Assembly (NCBI GenBank): GCA_963763115.1
Contig: CAVXNM010000016.1
Location: 1,592-65,591, forward strand
DNA length: 64,000 nucleotides
Origin: an uncultured Gammaproteobacteria bacterium
Lineage (GTDB): Bacteria; Pseudomonadota; Gammaproteobacteria; UBA9214
Reading direction: 5' to 3'
In this document: in pieces, positions 41,761 through 52,900 of the stretch
Numbering within the stretch: the first letter of the stretch is position 1
How the letters are laid out: every line of letters begins with the position of its first letter
Made by a program: the position numbers and the translations under genes
Notes under the pieces: model-generated
What the model was told of the DNA's origin: nothing
The model's database searches: none
Seen by the model: the letters and a program-made list of their open reading frames with translations, nothing else

Positions 41761-43341
41761 ATGACTCGCAAGTTACTGAAAAACACAATAATTGTTGGCT
41801 CGATGACGCTGGTGTCCAGAGTGCTGGGCTTGGTGCGCGACATGGTGTTTGCCTGGTTCGGCGCCACAGCCGGCATGGATGCCTTTTTCGTCGCCTTCAA
41901 GATACCGAATTTCCTGCGTCGCCTGTTTGCCGAAGGCGCTTTTTCTCAAGCCTTTGTACCGATCATCTCCGAGTACAAGGAAAAGCGCTCTCATGACGCG
42001 GTCCAGGATCTGGTCAACCGGGTAGCCGGTACGCTCGGCGGGGTGCTCATCCTGATTACCGTGGTGGGTGTGCTGGCCAGTCCGGTAGTGATTACGGTGT
42101 TTGCCCCTGGATTCCTGTACGAGGATAGCGTCAGATTCGATCTGGCCTCGCACATGCTGCGTATCACGTTCCCCTATATTCTGTTTGTTTCACTGGTCGC
42201 CTTCGCGGCCGGTATTCTCAACACCTATGGCCGCTTTGCCACTCCGTCGTTCGCGCCGGTGTGGTTGAACGTCATCATGATCGGTGCCGCACTCCTGGTC
42301 GCTCCCCGGCTTGAGCAGCCGGTGCTGGCGCTGGCGGGCGGGGTGCTTGTCGCCGGGCTGGTGCAAATGTTGTATCTCCTGCCGTCTCTGCGGCGCATCG
42401 GCTTGCTGCCGCGGCCCCGCTGGGGTTTCCGGGACGAGGGCGTGCGGCGCATCATGAGACTCATGCTGCCGGGCATATTCGGGTCCTCGGTCGCCCAGAT
42501 CAACCTGCTGCTCGACACCCTGATCGCCTCTTTCCTGGTGACCGGCAGCGTAACGTGGCTGTACTACTCCGACCGCCTGGTGGAATTCCCCCTCGGTGTT
42601 TTCGCCATCGCCCTATCGACGGTCATCCTCCCGAGCCTCTCGCGCAGTCATGCCAACGCCTCTGAAGAGGCGTTTTCCGCTACCCTCGACTGGGGACTGC
42701 GTCTGGTGCTGTTGATCGGCATCCCTTCGATGATCGGCCTGATCATTCTGGCGCGGCCCGTGCTGGCCGCGTTGTTCATGTATCATGACTTCACCACCTG
42801 GGATGTGCGCATGGCGGGTCTGAGTCTGATGACGATGTCGTTCGGATTGCCTGCCTTCATGCTCATCAAGGTGCTGGCTCCGGCATTCTACTCTCGCAAG
42901 GATCCGCGCACGCCGGTACGCATTGCGGTGATCTCCCTGGTGACCAACCTCGTGTTCAACCTGGCTATCGTGATCCCGATGGTGCGACTGGGGGTGCCCG
43001 GACCGCATGCCGGGCTGGCGCTCGCGACCTCCATTGCCGCCTATGTCAATGCCGGCCTCCTGTTCCGGGTTCTCTACCGTAAGCGGATTTTCCGGCCACG
43101 TCCCGGCTGGCGGAAATATCTCCTGCAGATCGGTTCGTCCGCCGCCGTGATGGCCGGTGTGTTGTGGTGGGGAGCTCCGGCTCTGGAGGAATGGGCCGCC
43201 TGGTCGGCCGGCGAGCGCAGCCTCGTTCTTCTGGCCTGCGTGTGCGCGGGATCGGCGGTCTACTTTCTTGCGCTGCGCGCCGGCGGTCTGCAGGTTTCAA
43301 CGCTGTGGGTTACCGAACATGCTGCCGGGGAGGGCGCATGA
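41761..43341 (+). CDS. murJ: Lipid II flippase MurJ
   Basis: SRVLGLVRD, PNFLRRLFAEGAFSQAFVP, DRLVEFPLGVF. Confidence 0.97.
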   Translation: MTRKLLKNTIIVGSMTLVSRVLGLVRDMVFAWFGATAGMDAFFVAFKIPNFLRRLFAEGAFSQAFVPIISEYKEKRSHDAVQDLVNRVAGTLGGVLILITVVGVLASPVVITVFAPGFLYEDSVRFDLASHMLRITFPYILFVSLVAFAAGILNTYGRFATPSFAPVWLNVIMIGAALLVAPRLEQPVLALAGGVLVAGLVQMLYLLPSLRRIGLLPRPRWGFRDEGVRRIMRLMLPGIFGSSVAQINLLLDTLIASFLVTGSVTWLYYSDRLVEFPLGVFAIALSTVILPSLSRSHANASEEAFSATLDWGLRLVLLIGIPSMIGLIILARPVLAALFMYHDFTTWDVRMAGLSLMTMSFGLPAFMLIKVLAPAFYSRKDPRTPVRIAVISLVTNLVFNLAIVIPMVRLGVPGPHAGLALATSIAAYVNAGLLFRVLYRKRIFRPRPGWRKYLLQIGSSAAVMAGVLWWGAPALEEWAAWSAGERSLVLLACVCAGSAVYFLALRAGGLQVSTLWVTEHAAGEGA

Positions 43342-43398
43342 GACAGTACACATCAGCTTTAAACCCGACGGTTTTTAACACAATCCGGCAGGATCGCC

Positions 43399-44325
43399 AT
43401 GGAACTGGTTCGCGGCATTCATAATCTGCGTCCCCGTCACCGGGGATGTGCCGCCACCATCGGTAATTTCGATGGCGTGCACCTCGGACATCAGGCGGTG
43501 CTCGGGCAATTGTCGGAATATGCCGTTGCCCGGCAGCTGCCGGTGGCGGTCATCACCTTCGAGCCGCAGCCGCGTGAATTCTTTACCCCGGAATGCGTGC
43601 CTCCGCGGCTCACGCGACTGAGGGAGAAGGTGGAGGTACTGCGCCGGTTTGGCGTGGACCGGGTGCTTTGCCTGCGCTTCGGTGACTACCTGGCCGGCCT
43701 GCCGCCGGAGGAATTTATCCGTATCATCCTGCTGCAAGGTCTGGAGGTGAAGTATCTCGTGGTTGGGGATGATTTTCGCTTCGGCAGGGACCGGGCCGGG
43801 AATTTCGCACTGCTCGAGCGCTCCGGGGCCGCCCATGGATTCCCGGTCGTGAACATGCACACTTTCAATGTCAACGGAGCCCGTGTCAGCAGCACGCGCG
43901 TGCGCGAGGCGCTGGAGGCCGGCGATCTGGCGGGGGCCGAACGGCTGCTGGGACGGCCCTACCGCATGAGCGGCCGGGTGGCGCATGGCGACAAGCGCGG
44001 CCGGACAATCGGGTTCCCGACGGCAAACATTTTTCTGCACCGCACGGCCACGCCGGTGCAAGGTGTGTACGCGGTGGAATTGTTCGGCATCGAGGGCGAA
44101 CCCGTGCGGGGTGTGGCCAATGTCGGAAACCGTCCGACCGTGGACGGCACGCGCAGTCTGCTGGAGGTCCACCTGTTCGATTTCCACCGGGAGATCTACG
44201 GCTGTCACGTGCAGGTCGAGTTCCTGCACAAGCTCAGAGCCGAACGGCGTTTCGAGAGCTTCGATGCCCTGAAACACCAGATCGAGGAGGATGCCGCCCA
44301 GGCGCGTGTCTGGTTTGAGGAATGA
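43399..44325 (+). CDS. ribF: Riboflavin kinase/FAD synthetase
   Basis: IGNFDGVHLGHQ, VSSTRVR, GRTIGFPTAN. Confidence 0.97.
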   Translation: MELVRGIHNLRPRHRGCAATIGNFDGVHLGHQAVLGQLSEYAVARQLPVAVITFEPQPREFFTPECVPPRLTRLREKVEVLRRFGVDRVLCLRFGDYLAGLPPEEFIRIILLQGLEVKYLVVGDDFRFGRDRAGNFALLERSGAAHGFPVVNMHTFNVNGARVSSTRVREALEAGDLAGAERLLGRPYRMSGRVAHGDKRGRTIGFPTANIFLHRTATPVQGVYAVELFGIEGEPVRGVANVGNRPTVDGTRSLLEVHLFDFHREIYGCHVQVEFLHKLRAERRFESFDALKHQIEEDAAQARVWFEE

Positions 44326-44444
44326 TTCAGTGCAGAGTCCTGGTGGCTGCCGGATGTTAATATGATTTTTTTTAGTGGTTGTTATCAATTGTCTTGTTAA
44401 TTGTTTATAACTCTGAGCTCTTTGCGTCTTTGCGGTGAAAAAAC

Positions 44445-47291
44445 GTGGCTGATTACAAAAAAACCCTGAATCTTCCCAATACGGCCTTTCCCATGAAAGG
44501 CAATCTGCCCCTGCGCGAACCGGAGATTCTGCAGCGCTGGGCCGCCATGGACCTCTACGGCATGCTGCGCGCGGCCTGCCGGGGGCGCCCGCGATTCGTG
44601 TTGCATGACGGGCCGCCCTATGCCAACGGCGACATCCATATCGGTCATGCCGTCAACAAGGTCCTGAAGGACATCATCGTCAAGAGCAAAACGCTCAGCG
44701 GATTCGATGCACCCTATATTCCCGGTTGGGACTGCCACGGTCTGCCGATCGAGCTGAATGTCGAAAGGAAAATCGGCAAGCCCGGCGTGAAAGTCGATGC
44801 CGCCACGTTCAGGAGCGCCTGCCGCGAATACGCCAGCAAGCAGGTGGACGGGCAGCGTCGGGATTTCATCCGCCTGGGGGTGGTGGGGGACTGGCAACAT
44901 CCCTATCTCACCATGCAGTACCGCGTGGAGGCCGACATCATCCGGGCGCTGGGTGCGATTGTCGAGAACCGTCATTTGACCAAGGGCTACAAGCCGGTCC
45001 ACTGGTGTACGGATTGCGGATCCGCCCTGGCGGAGGCCGAGGTGGAATATGAAGACAAGGATTCCTTCGCCATTGATGTGCGTTTCCCGGTAGTGAACGA
45101 GCAGGCCTTGCTGACGCGCTGTCACCATGTCGAGGGTCATTGCGGGGAAGGTCCGCTCTCGGTCGTGATCTGGACCACCACTCCGTGGACACTGCCGGCC
45201 AACCGCGCGGTCGCGCTCAATCCGGAGCTGGACTATGTCGTGGTGCAGTGCGATACCGGCCACGGACAGGAGCGGCTGCTGCTGGCCGATGCGCTGCTCA
45301 AGGACGCCATGGGGCGTTACAACGCAGAGAAATACCAGGTTCTGGCCTATTGCAGGGGCAGCGAGCTGGAAGGCGTGAAACTGGCGCATCCGTTTTACCA
45401 GCGCGAGGTGCCGGTTATACTCGGTGAGCATGTCACCACCGAGGCCGGTACCGGCGCCGTTCATACAGCACCCGGTCATGGTCAGGAAGACTACATCGTC
45501 GGCAAGCGTTACCGGCTGCCGATCGACAACCCGGTCGGAGGCGATGGCCGGTTTCTTCCGGACACCGAACTGTTTGCCGGACAGCATGTCTTCATGGCCA
45601 ACAATTCCGTAATCGAGGTTCTGAAGGGACGCGCCGCGCTGGTACATGAGGAAAAGCTGCGTCACAGTTACCCCCACTGCTGGCGGCACAAGACGCCGAT
45701 CATATTCCGCGCCACGCCGCAGTGGTTCATCAGCATGGAGCATAACCACCTGCGCACGGCGGCAATGAGCGAGATCCGGCAGGTTGAATGGAAACCGGAA
45801 TGGGGACAGGCGCGCATCGCCGGCATGGTGGAGAACCGCCCGGACTGGTGCATCTCGCGCCAGCGGACCTGGGGTGTGCCGATTCCCCTGTTCGTCCACC
45901 GGGAAAGTGGCGAACTGCACCGGGACAGCGTCAGCCACATCGAGGCCATCGCCCGGCGCGTCGAGGAGCGGGGTCTCGATGCGTGGCATGAACTGGATCC
46001 GGCAGACCTGCTCGGTGAAGATGCCGCCGATTACGAGAAGATCACTGACACGCTGGACGTGTGGTTCGATTCCGGCGTGACTCACTTTGCCGTGCTGCGG
46101 CGGCGTGAGGATCTCGCGTTTCCGGCCGACCTCTATCTCGAAGGCTCCGATCAGCATCGCGGCTGGTTCCAGTCATCGCTGCTCACCGCGGTCGCCATGT
46201 GCGGCATGGCGCCCTACAAGGAGGTGCTGACCCACGGCTTTACCGTCGATGCCGGCGGCCAGAAAATGTCCAAATCCCGGGGCAATGTGGTGGCCCCCCA
46301 GAAAGTGGTGAATGCCCTCGGCGCCGATATTCTGCGTCTATGGGTGGCCGCAACCGATTACCGCGGCGAGATGACGGTCTCGGACGAGATCCTGAAACGC
46401 ACCGGTGACGCCTATCGCCGCCTGCGCAACACCGCCCGTTTCCTGCTCGCGAACCTGAATGGTTTTGAACCCGCCCGGGATCTGCTGGAATCGCAGGAGT
46501 TGCTGGGTCTGGACCGCTGGACCCTCGATCGTACCCGACTGCTGCAGGAACAGGTGCAACAGGCCTATAACGATTATGAATTCCACCGCATCTATCAGCT
46601 GGTGCACAACTTCTGCGCGGTGGATATGGGCAGCTTTTATCTGGATATCATCAAGGACCGTCAATACACGACACGGACCGACAGCATCCCGCGGCGTTCC
46701 GCCCAGACGGCGATGTACCATGTGGTCGAGGCGCTGGTGCGCTGGTTCGCACCGATTATGAGTTTCACAGCGGAGGAGATCTGGCGGCACATCCCGGGGC
46801 AGCGTGCCGAATCGGTTTTCCTGGCCACCTGGTATGAGTTGCCATCCGCCGGATATACGGAATCCGAACTCCAGCGGCACATGGACGCCGGTTTCTGGGA
46901 GCGGGTCATCACGGTGCGTGATGCCGTCAGCAAGGAGCTGGAAAAGCTGCGGGTTGGCGGCGCGATCGGCTCATCACTCGATGCCGAGGTCGACCTCTAT
47001 GCCGATGAGGAGACCGCCGCGCTGCTGCGTCTCCTGGAGGATGAGCTGCGCTTCGTGCTGATCACGTCCTATGCCCGCGTTCATGACGTTGCCGCCCGTC
47101 CCGATGACGCGGTCGAAGCAGGCGTTCCCGGGTTGCAGTTGTGGCTGCGGGCGACACCATCGGCACATGCCAAGTGCGTGCGCTGCTGGCATCATCGCGA
47201 GGATGTTGGCGTAAACACGGAACACCCCGAACTCTGCGGGCGTTGCGTGGAGAACGTTGCGGGTCGCGGTGAGCAACGCCGTTACGCCTGA
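44445..47291 (+). CDS. ileS: Isoleucine--tRNA ligase
   Basis: [21 protein letters not shown]-terminal CVRCW/CGRC Zn finger. Confidence 0.98.
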   Translation: MADYKKTLNLPNTAFPMKGNLPLREPEILQRWAAMDLYGMLRAACRGRPRFVLHDGPPYANGDIHIGHAVNKVLKDIIVKSKTLSGFDAPYIPGWDCHGLPIELNVERKIGKPGVKVDAATFRSACREYASKQVDGQRRDFIRLGVVGDWQHPYLTMQYRVEADIIRALGAIVENRHLTKGYKPVHWCTDCGSALAEAEVEYEDKDSFAIDVRFPVVNEQALLTRCHHVEGHCGEGPLSVVIWTTTPWTLPANRAVALNPELDYVVVQCDTGHGQERLLLADALLKDAMGRYNAEKYQVLAYCRGSELEGVKLAHPFYQREVPVILGEHVTTEAGTGAVHTAPGHGQEDYIVGKRYRLPIDNPVGGDGRFLPDTELFAGQHVFMANNSVIEVLKGRAALVHEEKLRHSYPHCWRHKTPIIFRATPQWFISMEHNHLRTAAMSEIRQVEWKPEWGQARIAGMVENRPDWCISRQRTWGVPIPLFVHRESGELHRDSVSHIEAIARRVEERGLDAWHELDPADLLGEDAADYEKITDTLDVWFDSGVTHFAVLRRREDLAFPADLYLEGSDQHRGWFQSSLLTAVAMCGMAPYKEVLTHGFTVDAGGQKMSKSRGNVVAPQKVVNALGADILRLWVAATDYRGEMTVSDEILKRTGDAYRRLRNTARFLLANLNGFEPARDLLESQELLGLDRWTLDRTRLLQEQVQQAYNDYEFHRIYQLVHNFCAVDMGSFYLDIIKDRQYTTRTDSIPRRSAQTAMYHVVEALVRWFAPIMSFTAEEIWRHIPGQRAESVFLATWYELPSAGYTESELQRHMDAGFWERVITVRDAVSKELEKLRVGGAIGSSLDAEVDLYADEETAALLRLLEDELRFVLITSYARVHDVAARPDDAVEAGVPGLQLWLRATPSAHAKCVRCWHHREDVGVNTEHPELCGRCVENVAGRGEQRRYA

Positions 47292-47315
47292 AGCCCTGGT
47301 CTGGAGTAAACGCGA

Positions 47316-47792
47316 ATGAAATGGTTCTGGCTTGCCGGTGTGGTGCTGATCCTGGATCAAGGCAGCAAATGGATCGCCGATTCACTGCTGGGTCCGCATG
47401 ACGTCACCCCGCTGCTGCCGTTCCTCGCCCTGCGCAAGGCCTATAATCCGGGCGCAGCCTTCAGCTTCCTGAGCGATGCCTCCGGCTGGCAACGCTGGTT
47501 TTTCTCCGGGCTTGCTGTGCTGGTTATCGGTGTGCTCATGGCCTGGTTGCGGCGACTTCCCAGGGGGCAGGATCGCATGGCGCTTGCACTGGCGCTGATA
47601 ATCGGCGGGGCGGCGGGCAACCTGGTCGACCGGTTGCTCTACGGTCATGTCATCGATTTCATCGACCTGTACTACGGGGTCTGGCACTGGCCCACCTTCA
47701 ATATCGCCGATTCGGCCATCACACTTGGCGCGGCGTTGTTAATCCTGGATGCCATCATGGGGCACAGGGATAATGCCCCGGTAAGGCAATGA
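47316..47792 (+). CDS. lspA: Lipoprotein signal peptidase II
   Basis: DQGSK, NPGAAFSF, GNLVDR, FNIAD. Confidence 0.97.
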   Translation: MKWFWLAGVVLILDQGSKWIADSLLGPHDVTPLLPFLALRKAYNPGAAFSFLSDASGWQRWFFSGLAVLVIGVLMAWLRRLPRGQDRMALALALIIGGAAGNLVDRLLYGHVIDFIDLYYGVWHWPTFNIADSAITLGAALLILDAIMGHRDNAPVRQ

Positions 47793-48280
47793 GCGACGTC
47801 CAGGGGACGGGTATGAACAGGCGTGTGCGAAATCCTATCGCTGCGGGCAGCACGGTCACCCTGCATTTATCCCTGGCACTGGAAGACGGCCGGGTTGCCG
47901 AAAGTACCTTCGATGGCGAGCCGCACACCTTCACCGTGGGGGACGGCTCGCTGTTGTCCGGCCTGGAACTGTCACTCTACGGGCTGCGTCCGGGCGATAC
48001 CCAGCACCTGGTACTGCATCCCGCACAGGCCTTCGGCCTGCGTGATCCGGCCAGGATCCATCCCGTGTCGCGCGCGGCATTCACTGACGACATCAGCCTG
48101 GAGCCGGGCCTGATCATCGGCTTTACCGACACCGGGGGCGAGGAAATACCCGGGACCGTTCTGTCCATAACCGATGCGGCCGTCGAGGTGGACTTCAATC
48201 ACCCGCTGGCGGGCCATGCCATTACTTTTGACGTGGAAATCATCGACGTGATCCCGGGGGTTGGCGATAATGCTGATTGA
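47789..48280 (+). CDS. fkpB: FKBP-type peptidyl-prolyl isomerase (SlpA/FkpB)
   Basis: VDFNHPLAG; position between lspA and ispH. Confidence 0.92.
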   Translation: MSDVQGTGMNRRVRNPIAAGSTVTLHLSLALEDGRVAESTFDGEPHTFTVGDGSLLSGLELSLYGLRPGDTQHLVLHPAQAFGLRDPARIHPVSRAAFTDDISLEPGLIIGFTDTGGEEIPGTVLSITDAAVEVDFNHPLAGHAITFDVEIIDVIPGVGDNAD

Positions 48281-48293
48281 TGATCAATTACCC

Positions 48294-49226
48294 ATGCAAA
48301 TCCTGTTAGCCAATCCCCGGGGGTTCTGCGCCGGCGTCGACCGCGCGATCGAGATCGTCGATCGCGCGCTGGAACTGTTCGGCGCACCGATCTACGTCCG
48401 GCATGAAGTGGTGCATAACCGCCATGTCGTCGAAGGGCTGCGCGCGCGCGGTACGGTGTTCGTCAATGAACTCGATGAGGTTCCGGACGGCGCCACCGTC
48501 ATCTTCAGCGCGCACGGCGTCTCGCGGTCGGTGCACGAGGAAGGGGCGCGCCGCGGCCTGCGCGTGTTCGATGCGACCTGCCCGCTGGTGACCAAGGTGC
48601 ATCTCGAGGTCAGCCGCCACGCGCGGGAAGGACGCGAGTGCATCCTGATCGGGCACAAGGGGCATCCGGAGGTGGAAGGCACCATGGGCCAGTACGACAC
48701 CTCCCACGGCGGGGCCATGTATCTGGTTGAGATGCCGCATGACGTTGCGCAGCTTGCGGTAATGCACCCGGAGAATCTCGCGTTCGTCACCCAGACTACC
48801 CTGTCGGTCGATGACACCGCGTGCGTGATCGACAGTCTGCGGAATCGGTTTCCTCACATCCAGGGACCCCGAAAGGATGATATCTGCTATGCCACCCAGA
48901 ACCGGCAGGATGCCGTCAAGGCGCTGGCCGGGAAATGCGATGTCTTTCTGGTGGTGGGTTCACCCAACAGTTCCAACTCCAACCGGCTGCGAGAGATCGC
49001 GGAGAAGCAGGGCATACCCGCTTACCTCGTCGATGAAGCGAACGAGATCCTCGCGGAGTGGGTGCAGGGCAGGCAGAGTATCGGCGTGACCGCCGGCGCT
49101 TCCGCCCCGCAGGCGCTGGTCGACGGCGTGGTCGACCGGCTGCGCACCTGGGGCGGGGAAGTGGTGGTGGAGTCACAGGGACGTCAGGAGAGAGTGACCT
49201 TTTCCCTACCGCGGGCGCTGCAATAG
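48294..49226 (+). CDS. ispH: 4-hydroxy-3-methylbut-2-enyl diphosphate reductase
   Basis: [30 protein letters not shown]. Confidence 0.97.
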   Translation: MQILLANPRGFCAGVDRAIEIVDRALELFGAPIYVRHEVVHNRHVVEGLRARGTVFVNELDEVPDGATVIFSAHGVSRSVHEEGARRGLRVFDATCPLVTKVHLEVSRHAREGRECILIGHKGHPEVEGTMGQYDTSHGGAMYLVEMPHDVAQLAVMHPENLAFVTQTTLSVDDTACVIDSLRNRFPHIQGPRKDDICYATQNRQDAVKALAGKCDVFLVVGSPNSSNSNRLREIAEKQGIPAYLVDEANEILAEWVQGRQSIGVTAGASAPQALVDGVVDRLRTWGGEVVVESQGRQERVTFSLPRALQ

Positions 49227-49419
49227 GGTTCGCGGGATAATACAACAGCATGTAGCCTCGTGTCGTCAGCGATGGATTGAGACTCTCGAACGAGTCGTGA
49301 ACCCAGAATGCGTAGGGTGGGGAATATCCGGCAATTGTTTCCCGTGTTTAGCGAGATACTCTGGTGCGACAAGTGAAGAAGGGCAAATGCGGTGTATATA
49401 CTCCTTGGAGGCGTCCGGA

Positions 49420-49839
49420 TTATTTCCAGCAGTCTTCTGTACCGAGGGAGCCACCACTGACAGACCTTGTCCCCTGTGAAGTCAGCTTGAAGGTATGGCA
49501 TTTATCCTTCTCCTGACCGTTTTTGGGTGTGGCGGTCACCGCAAATTGCATATTGTCAGTTTCAGCACCAACGATGGCTAGCGTGTAATAGCCCTTTGCC
49601 GTGTCGGTATGGAAAATATCTGCAGCGGTCACACCGTCGTAGGTGCCCTTGTCCGAGTAATATCGTTCGAGGCGATCCGCTAGTTCCAGCAGTTCGCCCA
49701 TGCCCTCGGCGCGACGCGACTTCATGACCTGATCGCGGTAAGCGGGGTATCCGAAGGCGACGATAATACCGATAATCGCCACCACAATCATTGCCTCAAT
49801 GAGAGTGAAACCGCGAATCAGTCTTTCCATTACAGCCAT
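49420..49839 (-). CDS. pilE: Type IV minor pilin PilE
   Basis: GFTLIEAMIVVAIIGI, SRRAEG, C-terminal disulfide (DKC...CW). Confidence 0.9.
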   Translation of the reverse strand: MAVMERLIRGFTLIEAMIVVAIIGIIVAFGYPAYRDQVMKSRRAEGMGELLELADRLERYYSDKGTYDGVTAADIFHTDTAKGYYTLAIVGAETDNMQFAVTATPKNGQEKDKCHTFKLTSQGTRSVSGGSLGTEDCWK

Positions 49840-49893
49840 CCTGTTGGTGTCTGCCTTTCGGTTTACCAAGGCAGAGAGGGTTACCGTCAAACA

Positions 49894-49925
49894 TACCCCG
49901 GCGGGTTTATCGACTCGCCGGGGTA
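49894..49925 (-). terminator. Stem-loop between pilY1 and pilE
   Basis: TACCCCGGCGGGT...ACTCGCCGGGGTA; weak U-tract on minus strand. Confidence 0.45.
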
Positions 49926-49931
49926 CGGTCG

Positions 49932-52900
49932 TCAGGGCTGCAGGTCAATCCAGGACCGGCGCTGGTTCTTGATGTACTGGGGCTTCATACCCTCCTCGAG
50001 GTCCAAAGCCTCCACGTCCCGGTTCGGGGTTGAATCATTACCGCTGTTAACGCCGGGTGGTAGGTTCAGGTCATCGAGATTGACGTAGGGCAGGATCGAA
50101 TCCAGCAATGCGATATTCGGATTGTCGGCCAGCATCTGGGCCAGCTCAAGAAGCGCCTGATTGCAGGAGTCCTGGATAGAATCACTGCAGTTTTGCACAG
50201 CCTGCAATGCCTGGAAATAGGCAACGAGCTGGTCTTCGGGGATGCTCTTGTCAATGATTCGATTGACTTCGCCGGGGTTGGCGCCGCTTGCCTCGATCTG
50301 GAGGCGCGAATAGTAGTTGTTGCCGCCATAGCACGGGGTGCTGGAGGGATTGCCGGTGCCGAGGTTGACGTCCGCATTGCGAATATCATCTGCCAGCCTG
50401 CCGTAATGCCAGTAGATGTCGGCTTCGTAGAGCAGCCCGCTTTGGTTAGGTCCAGGTGCATCGCGCATTAGAATTGTGCCGTTAGGTTTGCCATTCTTAT
50501 AATCAGCAACGAATGCCTTGGCAAAGGTGCCGCCCTTGCGAACCCCGTTTTTGTCTACAAGCAGGTCGATTGCGGGTTGGAGCGTATAGCTGGTGGGGCT
50601 AGTGGCATCGAGCAGTTGCAGCGTCAGGGCGCCGTTGCGCCAGCGAAACCCGGTTAATGCAGGGTGTTGGGGATAGTTCGGGTTCCAGGTGATATGCCAG
50701 TTCTTGGCCGGGTCCTGGAGATAGGTAGTGTTGTTTACAGGGGGGTCAGGTACCACCCCTGGGTCTGTAATACCTCCACAGCTCGCGTCGGCACCCGTTG
50801 TATAGGTATTATTGTTAATTTTCGGGGCGATGCTTTCAGCCGCGGTGAGAACGGCGGCGTCCGTGTAACACACTTTGTCGTCGGGCCGGTGCAGCCCGAG
50901 CACGCATTGCGAGCGTGTGCCAACAATGCCGAGATCAAGGATGGAACGCTGTTCGAAACTGATACGCAATGTCGGATTCGGACTGTCCTTCGGACAAACA
51001 GTATCATCCGGTGTTCCATCGGCAAATGTACCATTGGCGATGCTAATCAGAGTAAACACCAGTGGCTTATCTCCATGATATGTGTCGTGCAGCTCTGCAG
51101 GCGTGTCTCCGCCTTCAAGCTGACTCGTGATCATGTCCTGGTAGTCCTCGACCTTCCAGGTGCGGCAACCGATCTGCAGGATGCCGGCCGTGGAGAGGTC
51201 AGCGTTGGCCAGCGTCACGATGAATGGCTTTGTCTCATCGATTGGTGATCCACCCAGCAAGACCTCGGACTTTGGATCGATGCTCGACTCTTTGCAGTTA
51301 ATAAGTACGTTGTTGCTGTCGTAAACCTTCGTGTAGAAGGGTCCAAAAGGTTCACTATCGGACGGACAGGTTCCATTACTCGGGCTGACGTCTGAGGTCG
51401 GATGGTCCGTCCGGGTGAGGGTGTCATATGCGCGATTGAGTTCCGCATCCAGGCTGGTGACAACGCAACCATAGAGTGTGCCATTACTCGCATTAACCGG
51501 AGTGCTTCCGCTTGGACATGCCCCTTTGACGGGCGGGAAGGGCGTGCCATTCTTGCTGGTCAGGCCGCGACGCGGTTCGAGTTCAAACAGGTCGACATAG
51601 GTGATGCCATGGATATCACTGTAGGCGTGCACGAGTCCATCGACGGATTTGCCGTAACCGTCATTTTCCGGGATGTTATAGCCCTCGCTCATATAGGCAA
51701 TATTGTTGGGCGCCTTCGATCCGCCCACCGGACTGTCGGTTACCACGTCGATGTGGCCGTTGAAAAACGGGCCGCCGGGTTCGATCTGGGGCAGCTTCAA
51801 CTTGAGGCCGTTGATATACATGATGTCGATGGCGGGGCCGAGACGGGCGATCGCCGGTTGGGATATGACGCCTTCACCCAGATCCAGCCCGACCGGCGCC
51901 TTCAGTACCCCATTGACACTGATCCTGTCATCATCATTCAACTGGTCGTCACCACTCAGGTTGAGGGCAACACCACCGTAATCGCCCTCACGATCCGTGC
52001 CGACGCTGTCGCCGCCTGTGAGGTAATCGAGCGACATCAGCCAGCTGTCGCCCTCCAGGTCGGTGGTGAGCTGGTTGGTATCGGGATCGATGTTGGTTCC
52101 GGTCGGATTGTTCGCGACAAACGTCACCCGCCCGGCGCGAAGCTGTGGCGGGCCCCCGATAAGCCGCTCGTTGGGTCCCAGGGTCACCTTCCAGCCCTTG
52201 AGCGCCGTGCAGGTATTGTCACCGACCGGACAAATGTATTCGTAGTTCCCGGCCAGTAACGGGTCGCTGGAGACATAACGGACGGTTTCCGTATTCGACG
52301 TGGTCGTGGTCGAGGTGCTACTGTCGGGATTGGTGACTGTCGTCGTGCTGGAAAAGGTTTCCGTGGCCTCTCCCAGCTGCTGTTCAAGGATGGTCGATCC
52401 GGTCGCCTGGTCCCAGATGCCGTAGACTGCCTGTGCCGGGTAATTCGTGTCAGCCGCATCCGTCAGGCTGCTGGCGTTACCCGTGGCAAAATAGACCATG
52501 TAGCCGCCATTGGGGTGTTCCCCGATTTCAGGGGCGGTGGTGATAGGCTGGTTTGGACTGCCGTCGTATACCCTGGTGACCACCACATTTCCGAAGTCTG
52601 GACTGGCGGGGTCCAGACTGGTGAAATCAAATTTCCACATATCTCCCTTGGTGTCACCGGCATACACATAGTCCCCGACCTGGTCATTGTTGAAGTCAAT
52701 CAGCGTGGCTTCCGACAGCCCGGCATTCGCATCGCTGTCGAGGGTGTTAATGCTAGTGACGGCATTCGTCCTGAGATTGATGAGCAGCAGCTTGGCGCGT
52801 CCCGCGCCATAGCCATTGCCGGTAATGACATACCAGTCACCGCCCGCCATGCCATAGATGGTCGGCCTGCCGATGATATAGCCGAATTCGGAACTCGACT

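Noticed and set aside
43375-46157. Long antisense ORFs (337 aa, 586 aa) opposite ribF/ileS
   Set aside because: Shadow frames expected from GC-rich codon bias; no motifs
52285-52350. Thr/Ser-rich run in PilY1 as a repeat element
   Set aside because: Low-complexity loop, no nucleotide periodicity
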